Shown here one piece after another: positions 1-18,189 of a stretch of DNA of 64,000 nt. A program made the translations under genes and the position numbers. Position 1 is the stretch's first letter. Every line of letters begins with the position of its first letter. The notes under the pieces were generated by a model. It ran no database searches. It had not been told where the DNA came from and was given only the letters and a program-made list of their open reading frames with translations. Where the stretch lies: contig NW_002060963.1 in the NCBI RefSeq assembly GCF_000150275.1, forward strand, positions 205,669 through 269,668. Direction: 5' to 3'. This stretch comes from Trichoplax adhaerens (Eukaryota > Animalia > Placozoa).

Positions 1-800
1 TATGCGTCTTTCAGTCCAGTATGAAAACTAACGGTATTCTATCGACAGTATTGACTATTCTCACCAATTCAAGGTAATTTATTCATGTTAGTCTGGGTAT
101 TTGACTAGCCGAATCTCCTGCTTATGCTACTTGGTGTCAATGTTTCAACTATTGTAATACTTTCATCTATCGCGCTATATTACTTTATCACGGTATGAAC
201 ATTGACCTGGACTGGCGACTAGTACAGTTTAGCACTGCTAAGGTACTACTGTATTTTAGCACAATTTCAATGGGATACCGTTAACGGAGTGATTCATTCC
301 TGTCCATGATTCTCCAAATGCTATTAGAAAGTTGGATAGTTGATATCAAAGTTCAGTAAAACAAGGAAAAGGAACTTGACTGACTACCGTAATCTTGGGT
401 CATCGATGTCAATACCCACTATGCAAAGCATGATCAATCCACTATACTGTATTAGGATAAAAATGAACTTTTCCTAGCACCAATAGCTTACTATTCTATC
501 TTGTGGAAGACTGTAATATTTGCAATGACATTGTAGTTTGCACTTGCACTTTACTAGCCGGGTGGTGTTGTCTACATTCAATCAAACTAGATTGTAGCTA
601 GCACACTGTTGTATTTATGGCTTGTAAAATAGCAGGCACAAGTATCTCAACATGGTTGCCGGTATAGGCTTTACAGTTGAAGAAGGACGAGTATTCGTGC
701 GCTATTTCAGTCATCATTGATTATTCTATCATTGAAAGTAGCCTTGATGGAAAATTGTAGCTGTACAACACAAATTGGTTGAGGATAAAACAGAACTTAC

Positions 801-875
801 ATGCCATACAATCATTAAAATGAGCACAGCATCGAGAATTAATGCTATGATAAAAGCCCACAGTTCCAGAGACAT
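801..875 (-). CDS. CNIH1: Cornichon homolog (CNIH1/2/3-type), first coding exon only; the rest probably lies left of the window
   Basis: ATG at 875 gives MSLELWAFIIALILDAVLILMIVWH, then a GTAAGT donor at 800. This resembles the cornichon N-terminus (...ALIFFAIWH|IIAFDEL). No next exon was recognised in 1-800. Confidence 0.65.
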
Positions 876-990
876 GGCGTCTTGAGCTTGGTCTTCCTCC
901 AAACCACTCGGATGCAAGTGACTTGACCTACGTGTCAACTAGACTGCGCGCTGACGTTTCGAACGTCCCTGATGCGTTTCTTTGTCCTTC

Positions 991-1500
991 CACAGTACAG
1001 TACATTAAGCTTACAGTACGCGACTGTACTGTACTAGGGCACTGTACCGTGCCGGTAGTCTGACGTCATGCCATGTGTCTGGTGAACTTTCGCTTCCAGT
1101 ACAGTACTGTGCAGTACAATGTCCAGAAAGATTGTACTGTACTGTACACTGTACCAGTAATTTGGAGTGTCCAGCTTTCCCAATTTGGACACACGACCGT
1201 CCCCGTAGGGTACAGTACTGTATACTGTAGGCATCCTGTATGCCTAGTACTGTACTACTGCATACAGTACTGGAGAGAGAGTACAGTACAGGCCCCAGTA
1301 CTGCACTAGTAATGTACAGTACTGTACTGTAGTGTACTGTACCTCACTGTACTGTAGTTAGAACCTGTCATTTGTACTGTACAGTACAGTATTTGGCATA
1401 CAGTACAGTACTGTACACGGTAAACTGTACTGTAACCGGTCAAGCTGATTTGGTACTGTACCATACGCTGTACGGCATCATACAGATTACACTGTATCAG
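991..1500. promoter_or_regulatory. (CAGTA/TACTG)n-rich cluster in the divergent CNIH1-like/CNIH4 promoter, with a TGACGTCA (CRE) palindrome at 1061-1068
   Basis: Dense degenerate pentamer repeats lie between two divergent ATGs (875 and 1782). The repeats are seen directly; the regulatory role is inferred. Confidence 0.55.
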
Positions 1501-1765
1501 AAAAATCTTGGATTGCACTACAGTAGATTGGAAGATTGACTCCGTTGACGAACGGCCCTCGTTGACGAACGACCCTCATTGAACAACGACCCTCATTGAC
1601 CAACGATCTCGCCCTAATTTATACAGTATTTGGCATACTGTCAACCTTCAGGCTGATTTGGTACTGTACGGTATCATACTGAGTACAGTAGACAACAAAA
1701 ATCTTGAATTGCACTAGATAGGGAGATTGACTCCAGCCAATCACCTTCATTGACCAACGACCTTG
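1386..1765 (+). repeat. Degenerate ~235-bp tandem duplication upstream of CNIH4, containing a 4 x 17-bp minisatellite (1542-1609)
   Basis: acagtatttggcata...gctgatttggtactgtac...aaaaatcttg.attgcacta...agattgactcc...cattgaccaacga occurs from 1386 and again from 1623. The 17-mer is approximately tc(g/a)ttgacgaacgaccc. Confidence 0.8.
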
Positions 1766-1781
1766 TGCTCAAAGAAGAAAG

Positions 1782-3717
1782 ATGGCGCAAGCAGCGGTCT
1801 TCGTCTTTGCGCTTATTGATGATTGCTTTTTACTCTTTCTTGCTGTTTACTTTGTATCCTTTTCAAATGTTGATATTTTTCAATGTGTAGACGCATACAC
1901 GCACATCCATAGGGTACAGTTGTCCATTCTCGGTATCTGATCATCGATCTGCTATTGGGCAGTGTACAATGCAGATTGCAATTGTGCCATCATTTTCTCA
2001 TCTCGGCTTTTATTCCCATCGGTATAGCGTAAATCATTTTCAACCAATTCGTCTATACACTCAATCTACCACCATGACACTATTGTACTTGAGATGATCC
2101 AGACACTGTCCAAATTATCTACTCTCTATTCTCATCGTGCAATGATAATATTCACAAATCTCCCTGATCCACATCATAATATATATTAATGTATGTGAAG
2201 ACACGTATTATCATCACCGATCAAGATTGATTGCCTCACTTTCTACTGTATTTCCCACAAAACTTGATGGATCATCATCAAGCAATGACTAGGTAATATT
2301 GAAATAGTAAACAATAGACAGTAGATGTACTATCGATTGGGAATGATGAAGAGGACATTGAACATTCAAAGTAAACGAGTTGCAGCAAAAGACTACTTGT
2401 TTAATACTGAATTTTAAACTTAAATTGATTCATCCTGCTTAAATGAATCATCATTGTACACTTACTACGCCTTCAGCCCTTGACTAGAAAACTCCAAGAT
2501 TATAGAATTATCGGATCTAGAAAGTGACCACATCAATGCTACCACTTGCTGTACCAGGTTAAATAGGGTAAGCTTCATTGTCATTGATAGTGTACTATGC
2601 TCAAAATTGCTGTCAGACAGGAATCAGTCAAATCAACATGGCATTGTTAACTTGAAATATCATTAATTAATGAATTCATTATTAGCCTCATCTTCCATAC
2701 ATACACATGTACAAAAATTGCAGTATCATCAGCTGGAGCTGATGGACTGCATTGATTTAGTCTGATGTCATAATGAACTAGGGGCTACAACTACTTAATT
2801 TGTATGACAGTCTTAATTGATTAACAATATAATTGTTATTATTACTGATTTGCTATTCATATTATCAAGTCATTTACCACGCTACTCAAAACAGAAATGA
2901 GCAATTTGCAAAAACCTTATTACTAAGTCAATTTCTTTTTGTAGTGGCTGCTTCCCGAGGCTTTGGCTCAATTACTGACTACAGTCATGCTCCTGTTAAG
3001 CTTTGAGTTGATGTTCCTCATATTCACTTTACCCATGACAATATTCTTGGTTAGGAGGTATGTATAACATTTTTTGATTCAAATTTACAAGTAGGGCATG
3101 AATGAAAAGATACGGTATTACATTAGATGTGATGTTGCCTTACGAGTATGGTGATTGCTGTAAACTTGTAAAATGTATCAAGCAACGATGCTGCTAGTAT
3201 AACGGTAGCTAGACGTTAGCAGTTACCCGTACAGCCAAATATAAAATCCCTACTCCACACTAAAATACAGTCTGAAATACTCTAGCATGTCCGAGGTAGT
3301 AATGACTGCTTGATTCATAAATTTTCAATAGGATAATTACCAGCCGAAGAGGTCATCTTGGATACTATGATCCCACTGAGATTTATAACAGAGGATTGCT
3401 AAAGAGTCATATCAAGGAAAGCATGATTAAAATGGCTTATTATTTGTTCGGATTTTTTATATTCTTGTTCAGGTTAGAACCAAAATTGTTACACTTAGAT
3501 TAAGAAAATGCAATAGATACATATTTTAATTTTTCATGTGTTCGTAATCATTATCCATGAAAAGCTGTTGTACTGTACTGTACGTACTTAATTACAATGC
3601 AAGAGTAACTCAAATTACGGTGCTTTCGTTAATAGCATGATTATGGCATTGGTCCAATCGGGTAATGGCGATACCTCAGTTCCAAATCCAAGCCTAGCAG
3701 AAGGCCTACCTTTGTAG
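1782..3717 (+). CDS. CNIH4: Cornichon homolog 4 (ER cargo receptor), 5 exons: 1782-1853, 2499-2567, 2945-3057, 3332-3472, 3636-3717
   Basis: Spliced protein MAQAAVFVFALIDDCFLLFLAVYF|IIELSDLESDHINATTCCTRLNR|WLLPE...|...YDPTEIYNRGLLKSHIKESMIK...|SMIMALVQ...* matches CNIH4 motifs (LSDLE.D.IN...CC..LN; DPTEI.NRG.LKSH.KE.MIK). Intron phases are consistent. Confidence 0.93.
1854..2498 (+). other. U12-type (minor spliceosome) GT-AG intron 1 of CNIH4
   Basis: 5' site GTATCCTTTT at 1854; branch-like CCCTTGAC at 2477-2484, about 15 nt before the AG at 2497-2498; no polypyrimidine tract. Confidence 0.88.
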
Positions 3718-6415
3718 AGAACTTATGCCATCTCAAAATGTTGTTTATCCTTCGCCATCATGATTATACTTGATGGATCGATTATTTTGTTACTTGTCTA
3801 GTATTTCAGTTATGCTTTAACCCGTTCATCCTGGCTAAAATACCATAAACTATACTAGCAATTTACTTTTCGTTGGCTGTAAGTTATCTTACATAAGATA
3901 CAGTAAATCTGTTTTTCGCTTGGGTTTTTAATATAATAGTTTTAAATTTGCATTGGAAGATTTCGCAAACTTGTTGAAGTAATTGATGACGAGATGGGAG
4001 TTTTCCGGAATAAATTGGATTGTAGATTCTTAAATGAATCGCCGGAATGGTGCTAGTTCGAGCATAATTCGCAGTTTTAGGGTTTGAGTAAAATTATGCA
4101 AGGCTGATTATCCTTAATCTTAAATCTGTAATATACATGTATGTTGCGTACTGACAGTATATTCGATATTCTCTTCTTTACTGATTCTGTTGTGAATGAA
4201 ACGATATTGAATGAGTGTGCTTTCTTTCCGTGATAATTGTGAGCATCTAAACTATTCCTTTAGAAACTGTATATATAAATACAATACATCTAATCTTGCT
4301 TATTAGATATTTTAGCGGATTTAAAATTGAATCATCTTACAAGTTGTAATTGTTTTTAACCTCCTAAAAGAAATTCCTTTCTTAAGTAAAGAAACAAATA
4401 ATAAAATTGCATCAACTGTTTGTAAATCATACAGTATAAGAGATTCAACCATATTCTCTTGCGTGTATATAAGATAACTTTATAAGATTGTCAGAAGAAG
4501 CCATTCTATCCTTTCAGTAATCTTTGAAACTCTAGGAAATAGTTAATCATGCGGATTAACTTGTTAATGAAGCGATATTCGATGTAACCTATTAATAGCG
4601 TACATTGCATCCTTCTTATATACTCATAGTGACAACCGAGAAAATCACCAAATTGCACGTGCACTTTTACATTGATGATCCCAGGTTTATAATTACGCAG
4701 TAATTTTTATTTGCTAGTCCTTGAACGCTTTAAAATTTTCTTTAAATCAATTAAATTATTAATGCTGCTAGACGACAACCGGTTCAATTGAAGCGAATGT
4801 TTGACTAACTAATTAAAGAGTAACATAATATTCCTAGAAACGGTTAGCTTAATATTGGAATTTTAAAAATAATGTTTAATGGTTTACTAGAATATCTGAC
4901 GAAATATCGTTGATCAACTATCCGTGATGATATGAATCATGTTTTGATATGTACATTAGCTCTTGCAACCATGCTATATACTACATGATACGTTAGTACT
5001 AAAATATGTTCTTTAATTATCGACTCGGGAATAATCGCTAGTATTTACGATCACATAGTATTCAGCTGGTAAATATGCTATATTCAACATGTGTATACAT
5101 TATTTATTAGAGGTTATACTACGTCAATCTAAATTGAGTTTACTGTGCCCTAGCAAGTATAATCTTTTCGTAATAGGTTATATGCTTTAAGCTTTTTGTA
5201 TAAAGATTTTGAATCTATAATATAATAACTTCCGAAATAATTGCATACATTCATTGAAAGCGAAATCGTTTTTGCTTATAATTGCATTGGCGATATAGTA
5301 GCAGAGTGGTGCGTATCTATATTTATGAAGTATTTAATCTATTTAATATTTTTGAAATGTTTCTATTCAGAAGTCGAAATTCTTTTACTGATGTAAGAAA
5401 TGTCAAAATATTAAGGTACAATTTTAAGCCATTAAATCAGTTTTACGGTACTGCATAAGTTGCAGTTATGACAGAATTGGGTAACAGTAGGTGTTACGAT
5501 GCCAGTAGCAAAAGACAAGAGTTAACGGAGTTTATAAGAAGCTACTGGTTAAATTTAAAGCACGCGATTTCTAGTATTTTGATTGGATTGAGTTCAAATT
5601 TACCTTCAACTAGTATCATCAACGCCAATAGTCAGTGATACCACATATTTTACCTCCAAATTGTAGAGATTGATCTGGTTTCTTGCGTATATAAATATTA
5701 TTATCATGCTTCTTTTGAAATAATTCAAGTTAGCCATTGATTTAGCTATTTTAGGCGTTTCTTAGATCTAGTAATACTGTCTTTGATCTTTAGCCATTTT
5801 ACATAACACTAATGACTAATTTGCTATGCGATAGCAAACGGTTTACTGTTAAAGCATGCAATGGTATATTCATGATCAATATTAGATTTTTCCAAATTCA
5901 GATTCAGTTTATAAAATATCCCAGTTAATTGTAAACATTTTAATACGCAGTTCATGATATACAGTAGAATATGGTGTAATAAATGAAAAATAATATAGAA
6001 ATTCATAACAGCTGTCGATGTGGTTAGCAAAAATTGTTATCAAATCGATCATGTAATTAGCGATTGGTTTGCAACTTTCCTTTTCCGTCAATTTAAATTA
6101 TTTCGCCGATTAATATATCAATTCACAACTATACTATACAAACGATGACTGATCTTATCTTTCTATCGAATATATTAATTTTGTACAATATTGGCATGTA
6201 CACTTAACTTTGATGTTTTATCTGTGTTCCAATTTCATTCATTACGAGATAACAGACAGACAGATCAGTTTAAATTTACGGAAAGTGCTATCGATGCATT
6301 ACATTAACCTACGTGAGAACAATTTACTTGATCATGCTTATTCTTACCTCAGACTACATTGAACTACACATATATAAAATAGTGAAGAAAAGTACGTCGT
6401 GCAAAGTACAATTTC

Positions 6416-12733
<6,318 letters not shown>

Positions 12734-13096
12734 TTTTGAATTGCTCATATTTTATGCCTAAAATTACTAATCAATAAAATGCAAAGCGTCTTTCCAATCC
12801 ACTTCCACAGTCTTTGCAAGAATGGATTAACCAATGGCTTCTCCACTGATTCGCCTTGAACTTGCAAGCTTGTTCCTAACGTACTCAATTTTTGTAATCT
12901 CTACTCGTTCGACTAAGGGATTTACTCTTTCAATAAGTAAGATTAACTAGGCTACAGTACAGACTACACAAAGAATTCTCTTATTCACCTTGTAATGAGG
13001 TAAAACCAAGATGAAATAAAAAATTTCTGAAACAACTTGTTTAATTAATTAAAAATGTTGGACAATGCAGTGGAATTGAACCAATGAAAAAATGAC

Positions 13097-13390
13097 AAGA
13101 TTACGCTGCAGTTCCAGTGTCCAATGTCCGTACTTCCCGTGCATCGCTACGATGTGGTTCGAACTGAGTAGAGTGCAGTACAACCAACTATGAACATGCG
13201 CAGTACAGTACAGTACAAACAACTATGAACATGCGCAGCACAGTATAGTACTGTAAAGTCAAAGATTACGCTGCAATGCCAGTGTCCAATGTCCGTACTT
13301 CCCGTGCATCGATACGATGTGGTTCGAACTGAGTAGAGTGCAGTACAAACCACTATAAACATGCGCAGTACAGCACAGTACTGTAAGGTC
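13097..13390. repeat. Near-identical 2-copy direct repeat (period ~165 bp) in the SEL1L/GSTZ1 divergent promoter
   Basis: aagattacgctgca..ccagtgtccaatgtccgtacttcccgtgcatcg.tacgatgtggttcgaactgagtagagtgcagtacaa...aacatgcgcag at 13097 and 13262. Confidence 0.92.
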
Positions 13391-13480
13391 TACAGTATGG
13401 ACTACCAAATAAGTACTGTACACTGTACTGTACTGTACTGATTTTAAAGTACAGTACTGTACTGTACACTGTACAGTATT
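13196..13480. promoter_or_regulatory. (CAGTA/TACTG)n cluster between divergent SEL1L and GSTZ1
   Basis: Runs such as cagtacagtacagtac and tactgtacactgtactgtactgtactg. The regulatory role is inferred from position. Confidence 0.55.
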
Positions 13481-14071
13481 CTGCAAGACAGACGGACATT
13501 TCTTACCAAATGAGGCCATCAATATCCAAAAATGGCTACTCAGTATGGATCTTCCGTGTCTGTTTTCGAAATCACTGGTACTAATTTTAATAACATCGAT
13601 GATCTTATATTAACTGTCTCCAATCGGAACTTAGTAACAGATCATAAGATTGAGCGTATTATTACTTAATTTAGAAATAACCAGTCAGTTCAAAATCGAC
13701 CATCTGTACTGTATATTAATGAAAGTGCTGTCGTAACGAAGTGTCACTCAGTCCTGTCCAGTCCGGTCCAGTCCTAGTCCTAAGTTGGACCCAATATTTT
13801 AACGGGATGAGGTCCATAATGTCTGTCCAAAGTGTCCATCCAAAGCATATTCCAGTGCTTGGTACAGCAATTCATAAATAACTTTGTTACCACAGGCTGA
13901 CTAGTGTACTATACTATAGTGTCCAGATGATACTGGAACTGTGAACACCATGCATAGTGAACACTGCTGAACACCTGGCGTAGTTAAACTTGTCAGCTCC
14001 AGCCGATCAGCAAACGCGATAACTCAATAAAGCAAAATTGGAAACTGTGGATTGCATCAGAAGAAGGCGAA

Positions 14072-16449
14072 ATGTCCAGCAAGGTAGAATAGGATAGAGC
14101 TGGTTAACAATAATACTGAATTGACTCTACTGGTAGCAAATTGTGAATGCTTATGATGTAATTGCCAGACTTGCTACTGACAAGTATCACACTACGGTGT
14201 TACTGTTTGCAATGCAAACTTGAGAGCTCATTTCAAGTTGCTTCCGCTTTTGCAGCATAACATACGCGTATATTGCAATATTATGCAGCGCTGATTGAAT
14301 ACCTGGTGGATCAGCTTTGAAATTAGGCTTTGCAAGCATAAAATTGATCTTAGTGCTTTGATAATGGAGAGTTTACAGGATATGGAATCAAAATATCAGA
14401 AACAGTAAACAATGTCTCGCGCTTTGTTGTAATTATCCTATCATCGATCTCAAAGAGTTTCACATTCTAAAACTACGATCGACAAACTCTCTTTTACTGT
14501 GCATTCACAAGTTGCTGTCAATAGGATCGCTAGTACTATGTTAGTTTTGTCTAAAAACTACTCATACGCATAATTAGAAACTGCATACCGTAAATCGTTC
14601 AGTTAATATCAGTGGCAATCAGCAATGGACAATACTGTCATGTCCAGTCTATTGAAAAAACTCTTAAAATATTCAAATACTACGACTAAAACACAATACT
14701 AACTAAATCTATGACTTCACCATATTTAGCCACGGTTGTACTCTTATTTCCGCAGCACCTGTTCTTGGCGTGTTAGAATAGGTAAACTGATTATTTATTG
14801 AATTCAATATAATGCTCGATAGACGAAGTACTGTAGATCATAATGTTAACGAGAAATCCTAAGGTTCCTGTAGTGTAGTTAAGGACTTGTCATCAATGTT
14901 ACTATGCATAAGGTAAGTAAGTTGAATTAGTATCATCAAAAGTGACTAGCTATTAACTTGTTTACAGTATGCTATGAACAATTCGCTATCATCTAGGTAC
15001 AGTAGCTACAAAATGCAACTGTCATATATAGACATGTACTTTTGAATGCTAGCTTCTCATTGATAAGCTTAAAATTCTCGCTCAGGGTCTGTTGACTATT
15101 TCATTTTTCTCGGAGGTTGTAATCAAAGATTTTTCAATCTTTTTTTATATTGTAAGCTCTCGCTCTCAAAGGAATCGAATATGATTATCATCCTGTGCAC
15201 TTGTTAAAGGATGGTGGCGAACAGGCTAGTTTTAAGGATAAGTTTAAACTACTTTACGTTCGTACGAAATTAAATTAATCTTTATTAATTTATTTTTTAG
15301 TTTAAGGACGAATACAAAAGTCTTAATCCGAATTCCTTATTGCCAGCACTGGAAATAGATGGCCATTGTCTAGCAGATTCGGTGGGTAATCTCAATTACA
15401 GTAACATTATGAGCCTTATGGAATTTTTCTAGTACGTACAATACAGTAATGTCGAGGATTAACCATGGACGTATATGACAGATGAGTATTATAGAATACT
15501 TGGATGAAACAAGACAAGATCCACCGTATTTGTTACCGAAAGATCCAGCAATAAGAGCGACGGTATGTCGATCAATTTGCGAGTATAATTGAAGATACGT
15601 GTATTTAAGAAACTTTTTTTACCAATGTTTGAGTTATCACTATGAAGTAGAGATAGATACTGCATATACAACTTCTCTACACGGGATCGGATCATTCCTA
15701 AATCATCTGGAGCAAATAGTACGATTTCTGATTTATTTGCTTTTATCGCATGTACTATATCTCCCTATAGGTACGACGAATTAGCAACAATATTACTAGT
15801 GGTATTCAGCCAATCCAGGTCTCTAATACTGTCTATTTTATTTATAACTACGATGGAAACGGCAGCTACCCTATTTCAATGAATACTTATAGTATGATCT
15901 TTGTTCACAGAATCTTCGAGTGCTGATCTATGTAGGCGCAGATAAGAAAAAGGAATGGGGAAAGCACTGGATTGAGCAAGGCTTTAATTGTAATGTTACT
16001 CATTCTAACGTTTGATGATGCATATTACTATTATAATATAACCTTCTGTTGGTGTACATCTGGTATTTATTACTACGAAAGTTAGATCTCTAATTAGAGT
16101 TTAATAATTCATTGACAAAATTTTCTTACTTAAAATATGGATAGCTCTAGAAGAGTTATTAGAAAAGACTAGTGGTAAATATTGTGTTGGCGATGACATC
16201 ACCATGGCTGATCTTTGCTTGATTCCACAAGTTTACAATGCTAATAGGTACTGGTTTACCAGTGTGTATGATAAAGCCTTAAATCAATACTCGCTAATCA
16301 CTCATTTTATATTGGGTATGACAAGGTTTGAGGTGGACATGTCCAGATACCCAATTATAACACGCATCAATGCGCAGTTAGAGAATCATGATGCATTCGT
16401 AGCAGCTCATCCAAGGCAACAACCTGACTGTCCGGATGAACTCAAATAG
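14072..16449 (+). CDS. GSTZ1: Glutathione S-transferase zeta / maleylacetoacetate isomerase; exons 14072-14083, 14730-14781, 15157-15224, 15301-15381, 15482-15562, 15771-15818, 15911-15989, 16145-16247, 16326-16449
   Basis: MSSK|[26 protein letters not shown]...DGGEQ|...SGIQPIQ|NLRVL...GKYCVGDDITMADLCLIPQVYNANR|FEVD...HPRQQPDCPDELK* carries the zeta-class signatures. Confidence 0.95.
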
Positions 16450-17277
16450 AGTTAGCACTGGATGACACTTATCGTTAACTGGTATACGAATGATGTCTTT
16501 CTATCGATTAGAACGTAGATGCAATTAAGATTTTAGTGATCTGTTTAAAAATTGGTGCTGTAAGAGGACTTGTACAGTGAGAAATAGTAATGCTAATATT
16601 GTAGACGCTGATTTTTGCTAGCTATTATCACATAAAAAATTATAAAATATATGCTAATTGTATTGCAAAGCTGCTCTTTCTCTCAATGTGCAGTATGTGA
16701 GGCAAATCTGGCAAATAAAAAGGATCGTCATAGATTATTTCTTACGTACGATAAAATTATAACGCCAAAAGCATGCGTTCAGAATTCTCGAATCAGTCGT
16801 TCTGGAGGAATGAATTAACCATTACAACATTCATATTTTAAATTATCCTCAATTTGATTGAAAGGTTTGATGATTGGTCATTAGCCGCATTTAAATTAGC
16901 TGTATTTTTCAAGGCAGAAATCAACCCTGCGCTGTCATGGACGTAGACTAACAAAGAAAGCGGCTCTTTCTAATAGAATTGCAAGACGGTGATATTTTGT
17001 AACTGTGCTTGATATACAGTACAGTAGGCAACAATCAGTTGCAATTGAATATCTACTCTTCCTTTAAATGATTGCGTTAATTACATTATTTACAAATAAA
17101 TTATACTATTTATTTATTTACTACTAGTTGTATCTGCAAGGCCGCTTTATTGTTTATTAGTAATAATTATGAGATGTATTACGTATTCCTACTGAATATT
17201 GGGCTCTAAGTTGAAAATTTCTTCCCTTTACAAGTCCTTAGTTGAAGGCTTCCAATTGGTGTCCAGCAGTTTTTGAC

Positions 17278-17857
17278 TTTTTGCTATCTTCTGTAGTCAA
17301 TCGACAGTTGAAATCTTTTCTACTGCAGTGCTCTAATCGACACCGCTTCATCGAACCCATTCCATGATCAACTCGCCCAAGTTGCCTGATCAGTTCTCAA
17401 AGTAGTCAGCATTCCATCTACACTAATTTTTATACTGGTTTATTTTTATTCCTACAAGGATTAAGAACTGGTAAGGGCAACTTGAGCTGAGGCATCAGTT
17501 TTTGCTATCTTCTGTAGTCAATCGATAGTTGAAATCTTGCATTGCAGTGCTTGAATCCACACGGCTTCATCGAGCCAATTACTTGATCAACTCGCCCAAG
17601 TGGCCCAATCAGTTCTCAAAGTAGTCAGAATCACATCTACAGTCGTTTTCATATTGGTTTATTTCCATTTCTATATGGATTAAGAACTGGTAAGGGCAAC
17701 TTGAGCTGAGGCAGTCGTTTTTGCTATCTTCTGCAGTCAATCGATAGTAGAAATCTTTTACTGCAGTACTCTGTTTGCCACGGTTTCATCGAGTCAATGA
17801 CATGATCTACTCGCCCAAGTGGCCCGATCACTTCTCAAAGTAGTAAGGATCGCCATT
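17278..17857. repeat. Tandem array of ~220-bp units (about 2.6 copies) with an internal ~120-nt inverted repeat
   Basis: Units start tttttgctatcttctg at about 17278, 17499 and 17718. The arms ctcgcccaagttgcc.gatcagttct and agaactggtaagggcaacttgagctgag are near reverse complements. Confidence 0.9.
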
Positions 17858-17930
17858 AGTCCATTTCTCTGCTAGTGGTTTAATCACTTGTCGCTAAGTT
17901 GTTATGGACTCTTATTATGACATCATTTCA

Positions 17931-18188
17931 GTACAATACTATATACTGTAGCCGATTACAATACTTAGTACTATAAAGGCGGAGAAAATACTGTACAGTA
18001 CAGTACAGTCCAGTCCAGTACATTACAGTGTACAGTATCTGGGCCACCGTAAAATACGGTACGGTACTGTGTTGTACTGTACACTGTACAGTACAGTACT
18101 GTACTGTACATTGTACTGTACTGTACAGTATTTCCCCCGCCTTTACAATACTAAGTATTATAACAGGCTACAGTATATAGTATTGTGC
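17931..18188. mobile_element. Foldback/MITE-like element 1 (imperfect inverted arms of about 76 bp or more around a CAGTA-rich core)
   Basis: Left arm gtacaatactatatactgtagccgattacaatacttagtactataaaggcggagaaaatactgtacagtacagtac; right-arm reverse complement gcacaatactatatactgtagcctgttataatacttagtattgtaaaggcgggggaaatactgtacagtacagtac. No clear target-site duplication, so mobility is unproven. Confidence 0.6.
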
Positions 18189-18189
18189 G

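Noticed and set aside
1034-1518. ORFs rich in YSTV/TVLY/VQY (also 13147-13522, 40048-40230, 53035-53511)
   Set aside because: These are translations of the CAGTA pentamer repeats, with no domain features.
3718-6415. Hidden genes in the long spacers (also 20731-22765, 47170-48876, 59535-61300, 62800-64000)
   Set aside because: Only short AT-rich ORFs without motifs or coherent splice patterns; probably UTR or intergenic DNA. Small ncRNAs cannot be excluded by eye.
12790-13140. ERSE/UPRE elements upstream of SEL1L
   Set aside because: CCAAT boxes exist, but none has the CCAAT-N9-CCACG spacing and sequence.
13150-13335. tRNA genes suggested by GGTTCGAAC
   Set aside because: No cloverleaf, acceptor stem or convincing A-box could be built on either strand.
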